Positions 1-8,431 of a stretch of 64,000 nt of DNA are shown here, piece after piece. The first letter of the stretch is position 1; each line of letters starts with the position of its first letter. The notes below the pieces were generated by a model. That model was not told the DNA's origin. It did not search any database and was given only the letters and a program-made list of their open reading frames with translations. Both the position numbers and the translations under genes were made by a program. Origin of the DNA: Candidatus Marinacidobacterales bacterium (GTDB lineage: Bacteria > Acidobacteriota > Vicinamibacteria > Marinacidobacterales > SMYC01); NCBI GenBank assembly GCA_965224085.1, contig CBDCYI010000011.1:1472001-1536000 (forward strand). The letters are read 5' to 3'.

Positions 1-522
1 CGAGACGCCTTTTGGGCAGCAAAGATCATCATGCGCTTCACCAGGGAAGAACTCAGTGCGATCGTGAACACAGGCGAGTATGGCAACCCTGACGTTGCTC
101 GCTATTTTCTGGACGTACTCGTACAGCGCCAAACCAAGTGCGGAGAGGCCGGCATCAATCGGACCAACCCTCTGGACGATTTCCGCCTCACGGGACGCTA
201 TATGGAGTTCACGAACGTTTCACAAGCCCATGGCTTCGTCGATTCCGAGACAGAATACTCGTTAAGCTGGTCGCTATTCGACAATCGAACCGGCGCGCGG
301 GAAGCTCTACGCTCTGCCGTCACGCAGTCACAGACGAGAAGCGAGCTTCCCGAGCGACCTCGCAAGGGCCCCGACGATTTTCTCCTGGCTGAGCTCCGCT
401 CCATCAACACGGATTTTCCTCATTGGGACGCACCGATCACCGTCTACCTTCGACCCGTCGGCGGCGGCTATCGCATTGTCGGGGTCGATCGAGCGCAGCG
501 GGCACAAGAAGAAGATCCGTAG
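1..522 (+). CDS. Hypothetical protein, C-terminal part (5' end outside the window)
   Basis: Frame is open from base 1 (RDAFWAAKIIMRFT...) to TAG at 520-522; host-like codon usage. Confidence 0.75.
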   Translation, partial: RDAFWAAKIIMRFTREELSAIVNTGEYGNPDVARYFLDVLVQRQTKCGEAGINRTNPLDDFRLTGRYMEFTNVSQAHGFVDSETEYSLSWSLFDNRTGAREALRSAVTQSQTRSELPERPRKGPDDFLLAELRSINTDFPHWDAPITVYLRPVGGGYRIVGVDRAQRAQEEDP

Positions 523-723
523 ATATGGAGCGCGCTCGCATTCCGCTTCACCGCTCTGCGATGTCATCGAAAAGATACCCTTGAATTTCGGTTCAAGACT
601 GAGGTCCTAGGCCTAGGATTCGCAGGGCATTTCGACTTCGTCGCCACGCGGGACACCCCGAGCCAGACCCGGAAATTTATGTCTTGGTTGGCCCGCCCCC
701 TGTGTTTGTAGTTGTCTTAGATT

Positions 724-1725
724 CTATGGTTGCGGCGCGCGTGACAAGAGTCTTTCTTTTAGTGCTTGACACACAACCACGGAAGTCAGGGCAGTAATGG
801 GGTTGGTTTCAACTGGCTGTTCTGAATAATCATTCGCGCGGAGATGAATTTGATTTTCACCGTAAGCACCGATCTGTTCGGGGTCGGTCGGACCATACAG
901 CGTTAGTGCAGGAACATTTAATGCGCCGCATAAATGTCCTAGGCCCGTGTCGACAGCCACCACTGCGCTGGCCTGAGCCAGCACACAAGCAACACCATGT
1001 AAATTCAAGCGAGGCAAAACTTCGACCCCCGCTATGTCGTTTGCAATACGAACGGCGCGGTCCCGCTCATGCGCCTCACCCCAGGGCAATCGAATGCGAT
1101 AGCCCTCAGCTGTGAGCCGCCGCGCCAAGTCTCGCCAATAGTCTTCCGGGTAAAGTTTGCATTCTCGCGCTGTTGCATGCAAGAACACAATGTTCGCAGA
1201 CTCAGCCGATGAGCCTGTGAAGCGGTGTCGACTAATACCATAGTCGCCTCGCCCCTGTGGCAGGGTATATCCCAAGGCCTGCGAAAATAGCTGACGAATT
1301 CTTTCCACTGCATGCTGTTGCTTGGAGACGGAATACTTTGCATGATAGGCCCAAGAGGCAAGGGGTTCGCGAATGGATTCTTTGTCGAATCCCGCGTTCG
1401 GTGCTTTCACAAGCTTTGATAGCCATGCACTTTTGAACAAACCCTGGCAGTCGATGACTAAATCATAGTGGTGACGGCGCAATTGCGTTTTGAATTGCCG
1501 CCACTCCGCGGAAACCCAGTGCTTAAGAAAATTTTTCCGCCAGCGCCGAATAGCCACAGGGATAACCTGATCAATCGCTGGGTGCCAACTGGGAATTTCC
1601 TGAAAGCCTTCCTCCACCACCCAATCAAAAATATACGAGGGGTAGGCTGCTTTGGCATCGGTGAGTGCCGGCAAGGCGTGAATAACATCGCCCATCGATG
1701 AGGTTTTTACGACCAAAACTCGCAT
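724..1725 (-). CDS. waaC: Lipopolysaccharide heptosyltransferase I (GT9)
   Basis: N-terminus MRVLVVKTSSMGDVIH, FDWVVEEGF, VIPVAIRRWRK, DTGLGHL, LYGPTDP are WaaC/RfaC motifs; ATG at 1725; lower GC than neighbours. Confidence 0.93.
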   Translation of the reverse strand: MRVLVVKTSSMGDVIHALPALTDAKAAYPSYIFDWVVEEGFQEIPSWHPAIDQVIPVAIRRWRKNFLKHWVSAEWRQFKTQLRRHHYDLVIDCQGLFKSAWLSKLVKAPNAGFDKESIREPLASWAYHAKYSVSKQQHAVERIRQLFSQALGYTLPQGRGDYGISRHRFTGSSAESANIVFLHATARECKLYPEDYWRDLARRLTAEGYRIRLPWGEAHERDRAVRIANDIAGVEVLPRLNLHGVACVLAQASAVVAVDTGLGHLCGALNVPALTLYGPTDPEQIGAYGENQIHLRANDYSEQPVETNPITALTSVVVCQALKERLLSRAPQP

Positions 1726-1745
1726 ATCCAAAAAGCTAATTAACG

Positions 1746-2684
1746 CTACTGCGACTCCCCGCAGAACGGACAGCTCGTGCTTCGCGCATGGAGGGGTTTG
1801 CGGCAGTTCCAGCAGAAGCCTGCGGAGGTTTTCTCTCTTGCTCTCAGTCTCGAGCGGATGTCTTCGAGGCGCGAGGCGCGGTGATCGATCTCGCTCGCGG
1901 TGCCGAGATCGTCTAGGAGCTCTCGCGTGCGCTGGTAGCGGTCGGAGATATCGGGGGCTAGCGCGCGCATGATGATCTCCTCCATCTCTACCGGGATCGT
2001 TTTGTTGCGCTCGCGGGGGCGCACGGCGCGGCCAGAGAGCGCCATCTTCTCCAGCTGTCTCGGATTGGCACTGAAGTAAGGGAGGACGCCGGTCATCATC
2101 TCGTACATGATGACGCCGAGCGAGTAGACGTCGGAGGAGAACATGGCGCGTCCCTGGAACTGCTCGGGCGCCATGTAGGGCGGGCTCCCGATGATCGTCG
2201 ACGCGTGCTCCGCGACTTCGAGGAAGCGGGACGTGCCGAAATCCGTAATCTTGATCTGGCCCTCAGGTGTCACCAAAACGTTCCCTGGCCGCAAATCGCG
2301 ATGGAGAACACCCTGAGCGTGAGCATATTCGACACCCGTGGCAAGTTGGCGCGCGAAATCGGTTGCTTGCTCGATACCGAGACCGTTCTCGCGCTCGAGC
2401 ATGGCTTCGAGGCTCTCACCTTCGACGAATTCCATGACGATGAAGAAGTAGTCTTCAGCTTTCTCAGCGGTGACGATGCTGACGATGTTTGCATGGTCTA
2501 GCGCCGCAAGTAGCCTCGGCTCTCGGAGCAACTCGTCGAACTCACCATTTTGTTTGTGCGGCACCTTGATCGCGACTTTCTTGTCGATCCACGTGTCGCG
2601 AACGAGATAGACCGTTCCGAATCCCCCGCTCCCTAGCGTCTTGAGGACCTCGTACTTGCCGAGTTGGTTTCCGAGGAAAAACAT
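1746..2684 (-). CDS. Hanks-type Ser/Thr protein kinase with C-terminal zinc ribbon
   Basis: GSGGFGTVY, VAIK, HRDLRPGN, DFG, YMAPE motifs; C-terminal CWNC...CPFC; start set at ATG 2684 (MFFLG). Confidence 0.92.
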   Translation of the reverse strand: MFFLGNQLGKYEVLKTLGSGGFGTVYLVRDTWIDKKVAIKVPHKQNGEFDELLREPRLLAALDHANIVSIVTAEKAEDYFFIVMEFVEGESLEAMLERENGLGIEQATDFARQLATGVEYAHAQGVLHRDLRPGNVLVTPEGQIKITDFGTSRFLEVAEHASTIIGSPPYMAPEQFQGRAMFSSDVYSLGVIMYEMMTGVLPYFSANPRQLEKMALSGRAVRPRERNKTIPVEMEEIIMRALAPDISDRYQRTRELLDDLGTASEIDHRASRLEDIRSRLRAREKTSAGFCWNCRKPLHARSTSCPFCGESQ

Positions 2685-2752
2685 CTGAGCGGCGCGCAGT
2701 ATAACATCCGCTTCGTCTCGGCTCGGCCACCAGCAATCGATCGCTCGATGTG

Positions 2753-2781
2753 TTGACAACACAAGGGTTTTTACCTAGCAT
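2753..2781 (+). promoter_or_regulatory. sigma70-type promoter for pilT-recX-alaS
   Basis: TTGACA (2753-58), 17-nt spacer, TAGCAT (2776-81). Confidence 0.6.
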
Positions 2782-2892
2782 AGATCCTTAGAGGAAACTT
2801 TTTTTCAGCGCAAACTGAGTGAGTAAGTGTGTTTTCAAAAAGCGCTATCTATCCGTTCTACGAGATAATCTCGCCGGGAGCAGGGACAGAAC

Positions 2893-4252
2893 ATGCATAT
2901 TAACGACTTGTTAACCCTAATCGCAAAATCTTCGAAGCACGAAAACGCGAAACAGCCGCACTGGGCGCAGGCGAGAAGCTCGTGCTGGGGCACCCGCTCG
3001 CCGCCACTATAGGTGATTCTGCACGGTGTATGCAGAACCTGGAAAAGGTGCTATTCACGGGGCCAAAGACCTCAGACACGGTGACGTTTATTTGCGATTA
3101 GGGTTAAAAGTCGCATCGGAGCGCAAGGCGTCCGATTTGCACCTCAAGGTGGGAAGCCATCCTGTCATTCGCGTCGCCGGAGAGCTCGTCCCGCTCGTGG
3201 AAATGAAGCGCTTGATGCAAGAGGACACCATCGCGATGGCGTTCTCCATCATGAGCAACCGTCAGAAGCAGAAGTTCAAGGACAATCTCGAGATCGATAT
3301 CGCCTACAGTGTCCCTGGGCTCGGACGTTTTCGAGCCAACGTATTCCAGCAGCGCGGCACCGTGGGCCTCGTCCTTCGTGTCATCCCCGTCAAGATTCTC
3401 ACCATCCGAGAGCTGGGCCTGCCACTCGTGCTCGAGAAGATCTCGCAGGAGACGCGCGGGCTCATCCTCTGCACCGGAACGACTGGTTCGGGCAAGTCCA
3501 CCACGCTCGCGGCGATGATCGACTACATCAACTCGCATCGCTGCGAGCACATCATGACGATCGAGGATCCGATCGAGTTTCTCCACCGCGACAAAAAGTC
3601 GATTGTGAACCAGCGCGAGGTCGAAGTCGACACGAAGAGCTTCGCGGGGGCGCTCAGAAGCGCCTTGCGTCAGGATCCCGATGTCATCCTCGTCGGTGAG
3701 ATGAGGGACTACGAAACCATCGAGACCGCCATAACCGCCGCGGAAACGGGTCATTTGGTGCTCTCGACGCTCCATACCCTCGATGCCACGGAAACGGTTA
3801 ACCGCATCATCGCGGTCTTTCCCCCGCATCAACAGAAACAAATTCGACTGCAGCTCGCTGGCGTCCTCAAAGCCGTCGTTTCCATGCGACTCATCCCGCG
3901 TGCCGACGGGCATGGCCGTGTGCCCGCCGCGGAAGTAATGATCGCGACCCCGTTCATCCGTGACTGCATCATAAACAAAGACCAAACAAAGCTCATCCAC
4001 GAGGCCATCGCCGCGGGCGTCTCCCAGTACGGAATGCAGACCTTCGATCAGTCCATCTTCAACCTCTACAAGAAAGATCTCATCACGTATGACGAGGCCT
4101 TGAGGCGCGCTAGCAACCCGGACGAGTTCAAGCTCAAGATCCAGGGCATCCAGTCCACTAGCGACCTGGCCCAAGAAGAGATGGAACGCAGCATGACCGA
4201 CTTCATGGACGAGGGCGGTGCCGGTGGAGGAAGCGAGTTCGAGCTCACTTGA
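2893..4252 (+). pseudogene. pilT: Type IV pilus retraction ATPase PilT/PilU, interrupted near the N-terminus by a MITE (possibly still translated from GTG 3026)
   Basis: ATG 2893 gives MHINDLL; removing the insert rejoins KVASERKASDLHLKVG; Walker A GTTGSGKST, TIEDPIE, LRQDPDVILVGEMRD, AETGHLVLSTLHT. Confidence 0.9.
2915..3103. mobile_element. 189-bp non-autonomous MITE, 13-bp perfect TIRs, TTAA (or TA) target duplication
   Basis: TTAA|CCCTAATCGCAAA (2911-2927) ... TTTGCGATTAGGG|TTAA (3091-3107); removing the element plus one TTAA restores the pilT frame exactly. Confidence 0.92.
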
Positions 4253-4754
4253 TGGGTCCGTCCCCAAACGCTCGAAGGCCAAAGCACACGACTTTGCGCT
4301 GAGAAGGCTCGCTCGCCGCTCCCATAGTGAAGGCGAGCTCACGCGCAAGATGGCCCGCGCCGGCTATCCCGATGACGAGATCGTCGAAACGATCGATTTT
4401 CTTCGGGCACACGGCTATTTGGACGACGTCACTTTCGCTCGCGATTTCGCACGCGCGCGAGCGAATCGTCGGCGCTGGGGCCCAGCGCGCATCGAGACAG
4501 CGCTTCGAGCGCTCGCGCTCGCCGAGCAACCTATCAAGGCGGCCCTCGCAGAGGTATTCCCCTCCGGTGAGCGCGAGGCCTGTGAGCGCGCTCTCCTCCG
4601 TTTTCTCGCGCGCGAGCGTCGCTCGCTTTCCCCGGCAAAACGCAAAGCGCGCGCCTATCGCCACCTGCTTTCACGAGGATTCGCGCCTGAGACAGCTCAT
4701 GAATTGGTATCCAACCGCGATTTCGAGGATACTGACGGGTTAGAATCTGAGTAA
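4218..4754 (+). CDS. recX: Recombination regulator RecX (start uncertain)
   Basis: ALRRLARRSHSEGEL, GYLDD..FA, WGPARI, LLSRGF motifs; lies upstream of alaS. Confidence 0.88.
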   Translation: MPVEEASSSSLDGSVPKRSKAKAHDFALRRLARRSHSEGELTRKMARAGYPDDEIVETIDFLRAHGYLDDVTFARDFARARANRRRWGPARIETALRALALAEQPIKAALAEVFPSGEREACERALLRFLARERRSLSPAKRKARAYRHLLSRGFAPETAHELVSNRDFEDTDGLESE

Positions 4755-4764
4755 TCGATCCGAC

Positions 4765-7446
4765 ATGAAGGTCAAAGACATCCGAAAGCGCTTCCTCGAC
4801 TACTTTGCTAAAAAAGAGCATCGTGTCGTCGCGAGCTCTTCGCTCGTTCCCATTTCCGACCCTACCCTCCTTTTCATCAATGCCGGTATGAATCAGTTCA
4901 AGGATGTGTTCCTTGGCCTCGAGGCCCGCGACTACAACCGCGCAACAACGGCCCAGAAATGCGTCCGTGCCGGCGGAAAACACAACGATCTCGAGAATGT
5001 CGGCGTCACCGCACGCCATCACACCTTCTTCGAAATGCTTGGCAATTTTTCCTTTGGCGACTACTTCAAAAAAGAAGCCGTGGACTTCGCGTGGGAGTTT
5101 CTCGTCGACGAGCTGAAGCTAGATCCCGAGCGGCTCGTCGTCACCATCTTCGAAGGCGATGACGACGTGCCCCGCGACGCGTCCGCCTACGATTTTTGGC
5201 GAAAGTATTTCGAGCCCGAATTTATCCACGAGCTCGGCCGAAAGGACAACTTTTGGTCCATGGGCGATACCGGCCCTTGCGGTCCGTGCTCCGAGATCCA
5301 CTTCTTTCAAGGCGATCACTTGCCTTGCGACGAGACGAAGTGCCTCGGCGTCGCCTGCGAGTGCGACCGCTGGCTCGAGATCTGGAATCTCGTATTCATG
5401 CAGTTCAACCGCGCCGAGGATAAGAAGCTGCACCCTCTGCCCCAGCCAAGCGTCGATACCGGCATGGGCCTCGAGCGAATCGCGGCGGTTGTCCAGAACG
5501 TTTCCAGCAACTACGACACGGATTTATTCACTGAGCTCCTCGACGCCATCGGCCGGCGCATGGGCAAAACCTACCAGCGGAGCGCGTCCGACGACGACGT
5601 CTCTTTCCGTGTTATCGCCGACCACGTCCGAGCGAGCACATTCTTGATTTCCGACGGGGTGATGCCGGCTAATGAAGGTCGAGGCTACGTGCTCCGCAAG
5701 ATCATGCGCCGCGGGATGCGCCACGGCAAGAAGCTCGGGATCAGAGAGCCGTTTCTCTTCGAGCTGACCGAAAACGTGATCGAGGAGATGCAGGACGCTT
5801 ACCCGGAGCTTTTGCTCTCGCGCGAGCTCGTCCGACGGGTCGTGAAATCTGAAGAGGAGCGTTTCGGCACAACGCTCGCCACTGGAATAGCCGCGCTCGA
5901 AGAACAACTCGGAAAAGAAACTATTTTCAAGAGCAAAGTACTTCCGGGACCCGAGGCCTTCAAGCTCTACGACACGTTCGGTGTGCCTCTCGATCTTCTC
6001 GTCGACATCGCGTCCGAATCCGGGGTCGCTGTGGATTCCGAGGGCTTCGATAGGGAAATGGAACGCCAACGCACCAAGGCCCGCGCGTCATGGAAAAAGA
6101 TCGCGGCCGTGCCCTATCGATCCATTTACGGAGAGCTACGCGGGCGCTTCGAGACGCGCTTTGACGGCTACGATCACGAGAAAATATCGGAGTCACGCAT
6201 CCTCGCTCTCACGAAAGACGGCGTGGAGGTGCCCGAGCTTCGCGAGGGCGACGAAGGCGAAGTTTTCCTCGACAAGACGCCCTTCTATCCGGAAGGCGGC
6301 GGCCAGGTCGGTGACCGTGGGGTGATCGCTGGCCCAGACGGTGTCGCCGACGTCGTGAACACACAGTCGCCAGTGAGCGCGCTCGTAAGCCATCACGTTC
6401 GCGTGAGCAAAGGAACTCTCGGCCATGAGCAAAGCGTCGTCGCGAGCGTCGACGCCACGTCGCGCAAAGGCGCGGCATCGCACCACACGATTACCCACAT
6501 ACTCCACGCAGCGCTTCGAGAGACCCTCGGCCCTCACGTGAAGCAGGCGGGCTCTCTCGTGGCGCCCAATCGATTGAGGTTCGACTTTTCGCACTTCGCG
6601 CCAATGACTCGCGGAGAGCTTCAGCAAGTCGAAGGCCGGGTGAACGAGAAGATCCAAGAAGATTTGGATGTCGCGACCGACACGTTGTCTCTCGACGAGG
6701 CGCTCGCGCGCGGCGCCATGGCCTTCTTTGGTGAGAAGTACGGTGACCGTGTTCGCATCGTCGAGATCCCCGAGTTCAGCCTCGAGCTTTGCGGCGGGAC
6801 GCATCTGCGCCGCACAGGCGAGGCCGGCCCTTTCCTCATCACGAACGAATCCTCGGTCGCGTCCGGTATCCGGCGCGTCGAGGCTTTGACCGCTCTTGCC
6901 GCGATAGAGCATTGGCAGAAGCGGAACATTTTGCTCGAGCAAGCAAGCCACGCGCTCAAAACACGGCCGGACGAGCTCTCTCGAACTGCCTCGCGGCTAC
7001 GCGAAGAGCTCAAGCGCAAAGAGCGCGAGGTGGAAGACCTCAAGCTCAAGCTCGCCACCGGGGGCGTGGCTAGCGCCGATGCCGAGACAACGACGATCGG
7101 CGACGTCGTCGTTTGGACGCCCGCGCCTCTCACCGGCTACGGAAAGAAACAACATCGTCAAGTCGTCGATACGTTCAAGGAGAAGCACCAAAAGGCGTCT
7201 TGGGTGGCCATTTCCACCGCGGTCAACGACGACAAAGTGTCTCTCATCGTCGAAGTCTCGAAAGGCCTCGTCGACCAGATTCGCGCCGACCAGCTCATCA
7301 AAGAGCTCGCTACCATCATCGAGGGTCGCGGCGGCGGCAAGGCCGAGCGTGCGGAAGCCGGAGGCGGCTTTCCCGATCGCGTTGACGAGCTTCTCGAGCG
7401 TGGTCTCGATCTCGTGCGCCTCGCGCTTTCAGGACAACGTGTATAA
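4765..7446 (+). CDS. alaS: Alanine--tRNA ligase
   Basis: DPTLLFINAGMNQFK, RHHTFFEMLGNFSFGDYFK, HTITHILH, ELCGGTH, GRGGGK; 893 aa. Confidence 0.99.
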   Translation: MKVKDIRKRFLDYFAKKEHRVVASSSLVPISDPTLLFINAGMNQFKDVFLGLEARDYNRATTAQKCVRAGGKHNDLENVGVTARHHTFFEMLGNFSFGDYFKKEAVDFAWEFLVDELKLDPERLVVTIFEGDDDVPRDASAYDFWRKYFEPEFIHELGRKDNFWSMGDTGPCGPCSEIHFFQGDHLPCDETKCLGVACECDRWLEIWNLVFMQFNRAEDKKLHPLPQPSVDTGMGLERIAAVVQNVSSNYDTDLFTELLDAIGRRMGKTYQRSASDDDVSFRVIADHVRASTFLISDGVMPANEGRGYVLRKIMRRGMRHGKKLGIREPFLFELTENVIEEMQDAYPELLLSRELVRRVVKSEEERFGTTLATGIAALEEQLGKETIFKSKVLPGPEAFKLYDTFGVPLDLLVDIASESGVAVDSEGFDREMERQRTKARASWKKIAAVPYRSIYGELRGRFETRFDGYDHEKISESRILALTKDGVEVPELREGDEGEVFLDKTPFYPEGGGQVGDRGVIAGPDGVADVVNTQSPVSALVSHHVRVSKGTLGHEQSVVASVDATSRKGAASHHTITHILHAALRETLGPHVKQAGSLVAPNRLRFDFSHFAPMTRGELQQVEGRVNEKIQEDLDVATDTLSLDEALARGAMAFFGEKYGDRVRIVEIPEFSLELCGGTHLRRTGEAGPFLITNESSVASGIRRVEALTALAAIEHWQKRNILLEQASHALKTRPDELSRTASRLREELKRKEREVEDLKLKLATGGVASADAETTTIGDVVVWTPAPLTGYGKKQHRQVVDTFKEKHQKASWVAISTAVNDDKVSLIVEVSKGLVDQIRADQLIKELATIIEGRGGGKAERAEAGGGFPDRVDELLERGLDLVRLALSGQRV

Positions 7447-8347
7447 GCTCACCATTTGCCTGCTCGGACTGGCCTGGCTCGGCTCGGCCGCTCTCGGCGA
7501 AGCCCAAGTCTACGGCTATACCGACGATAACGGCGTGTTCATTCTCTCGAACGTTCCCACCGACGACCGGATGCGAATGATCGCCGATGGAACCGCCGAG
7601 CCCTCCAGCAAGGTATGGCGCTACACGGGACAGTACGACCCGATGATTCTGAAGGCGTCGCGCATCCACGGCGTCGAGTCCGCGCTCGTGCGCGCCGTGA
7701 TCGCCGTCGAGTCGGCCTTCAATCGCTACGCACGATCCCACAAAGGCGCCCTCGGCCTGATGCAGCTGATGCCGGCCACCGGGCGGATGTACGGAGTCGT
7801 CAACCCCTACGACCCTTGGCAAAACATCCGCGCCGGTACCGAGCATCTCCGAAGTCTCATCAACGAGTTCAGCGACATCCGACTCGCGCTCGCAGCCTAT
7901 AACGCGGGCGCGACCCCGGTCCGGCGCTATAACGGCATCCCGCCCTATCGCGAGACTCGGGCCTACGTGAAAAAGGTGATGGCCATTTATCGTGCTGGCA
8001 GCAAGATCCAGATCGTCAAGGGCGATCTTGTCTACAGCATCGGCCAGCCGGGAGGCCAGGCGCGCGTCACGAAGTTTCACGGACAAGCCGTAGCGAGCGC
8101 GCAACCACCCGCAGAAGCAGCACCCGAGAGCCTCGGCGAAGTCGCGCGGCGGAACCAGGCGCGGCGCGCTGCCGCAGCCAATGCGCCGCTCCCGCTCGTC
8201 ACCGACCACGAATCGCTTCCACAAACACAGCAAACACTACAAGATACTGCCGAGGCTCCTTACTACCGCTACGTCGACAGCGACGGCGTGGTGCGCATCA
8301 CCCGTGTGCGCCCCCCGAGCTTTCCCTACGACGTGCTACAACCGTGA
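7439..8347 (+). CDS. Secreted lytic transglycosylase (SLT domain)
   Basis: Signal peptide from GTG 7439; AVIAVES, GALGLMQLMP, ALAAYNAG, PPYRETRAYV. Confidence 0.9.
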   Translation: MYKLTICLLGLAWLGSAALGEAQVYGYTDDNGVFILSNVPTDDRMRMIADGTAEPSSKVWRYTGQYDPMILKASRIHGVESALVRAVIAVESAFNRYARSHKGALGLMQLMPATGRMYGVVNPYDPWQNIRAGTEHLRSLINEFSDIRLALAAYNAGATPVRRYNGIPPYRETRAYVKKVMAIYRAGSKIQIVKGDLVYSIGQPGGQARVTKFHGQAVASAQPPAEAAPESLGEVARRNQARRAAAANAPLPLVTDHESLPQTQQTLQDTAEAPYYRYVDSDGVVRITRVRPPSFPYDVLQP

Positions 8348-8431
8348 GCACCTGCCAGTTTTCCGCAGAATGAGATAATATTGTCGAGCTGAGTCTCCCT
8401 CAACCGATACGGTTATCTGAGCGCTTTTTCT

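Noticed and set aside
700-1745. waaC as an integron cassette (GTTAATT just upstream, no obvious promoter)
   Set aside because: No proper RYYYAAC/GTTRRRY pair or attC hairpin, and no integron integrase
3104-4348. 414-aa antisense ORF over pilT, and many similar shadow ORFs
   Set aside because: Expected from high GC3 codon bias on the opposite strand; no recognisable motifs
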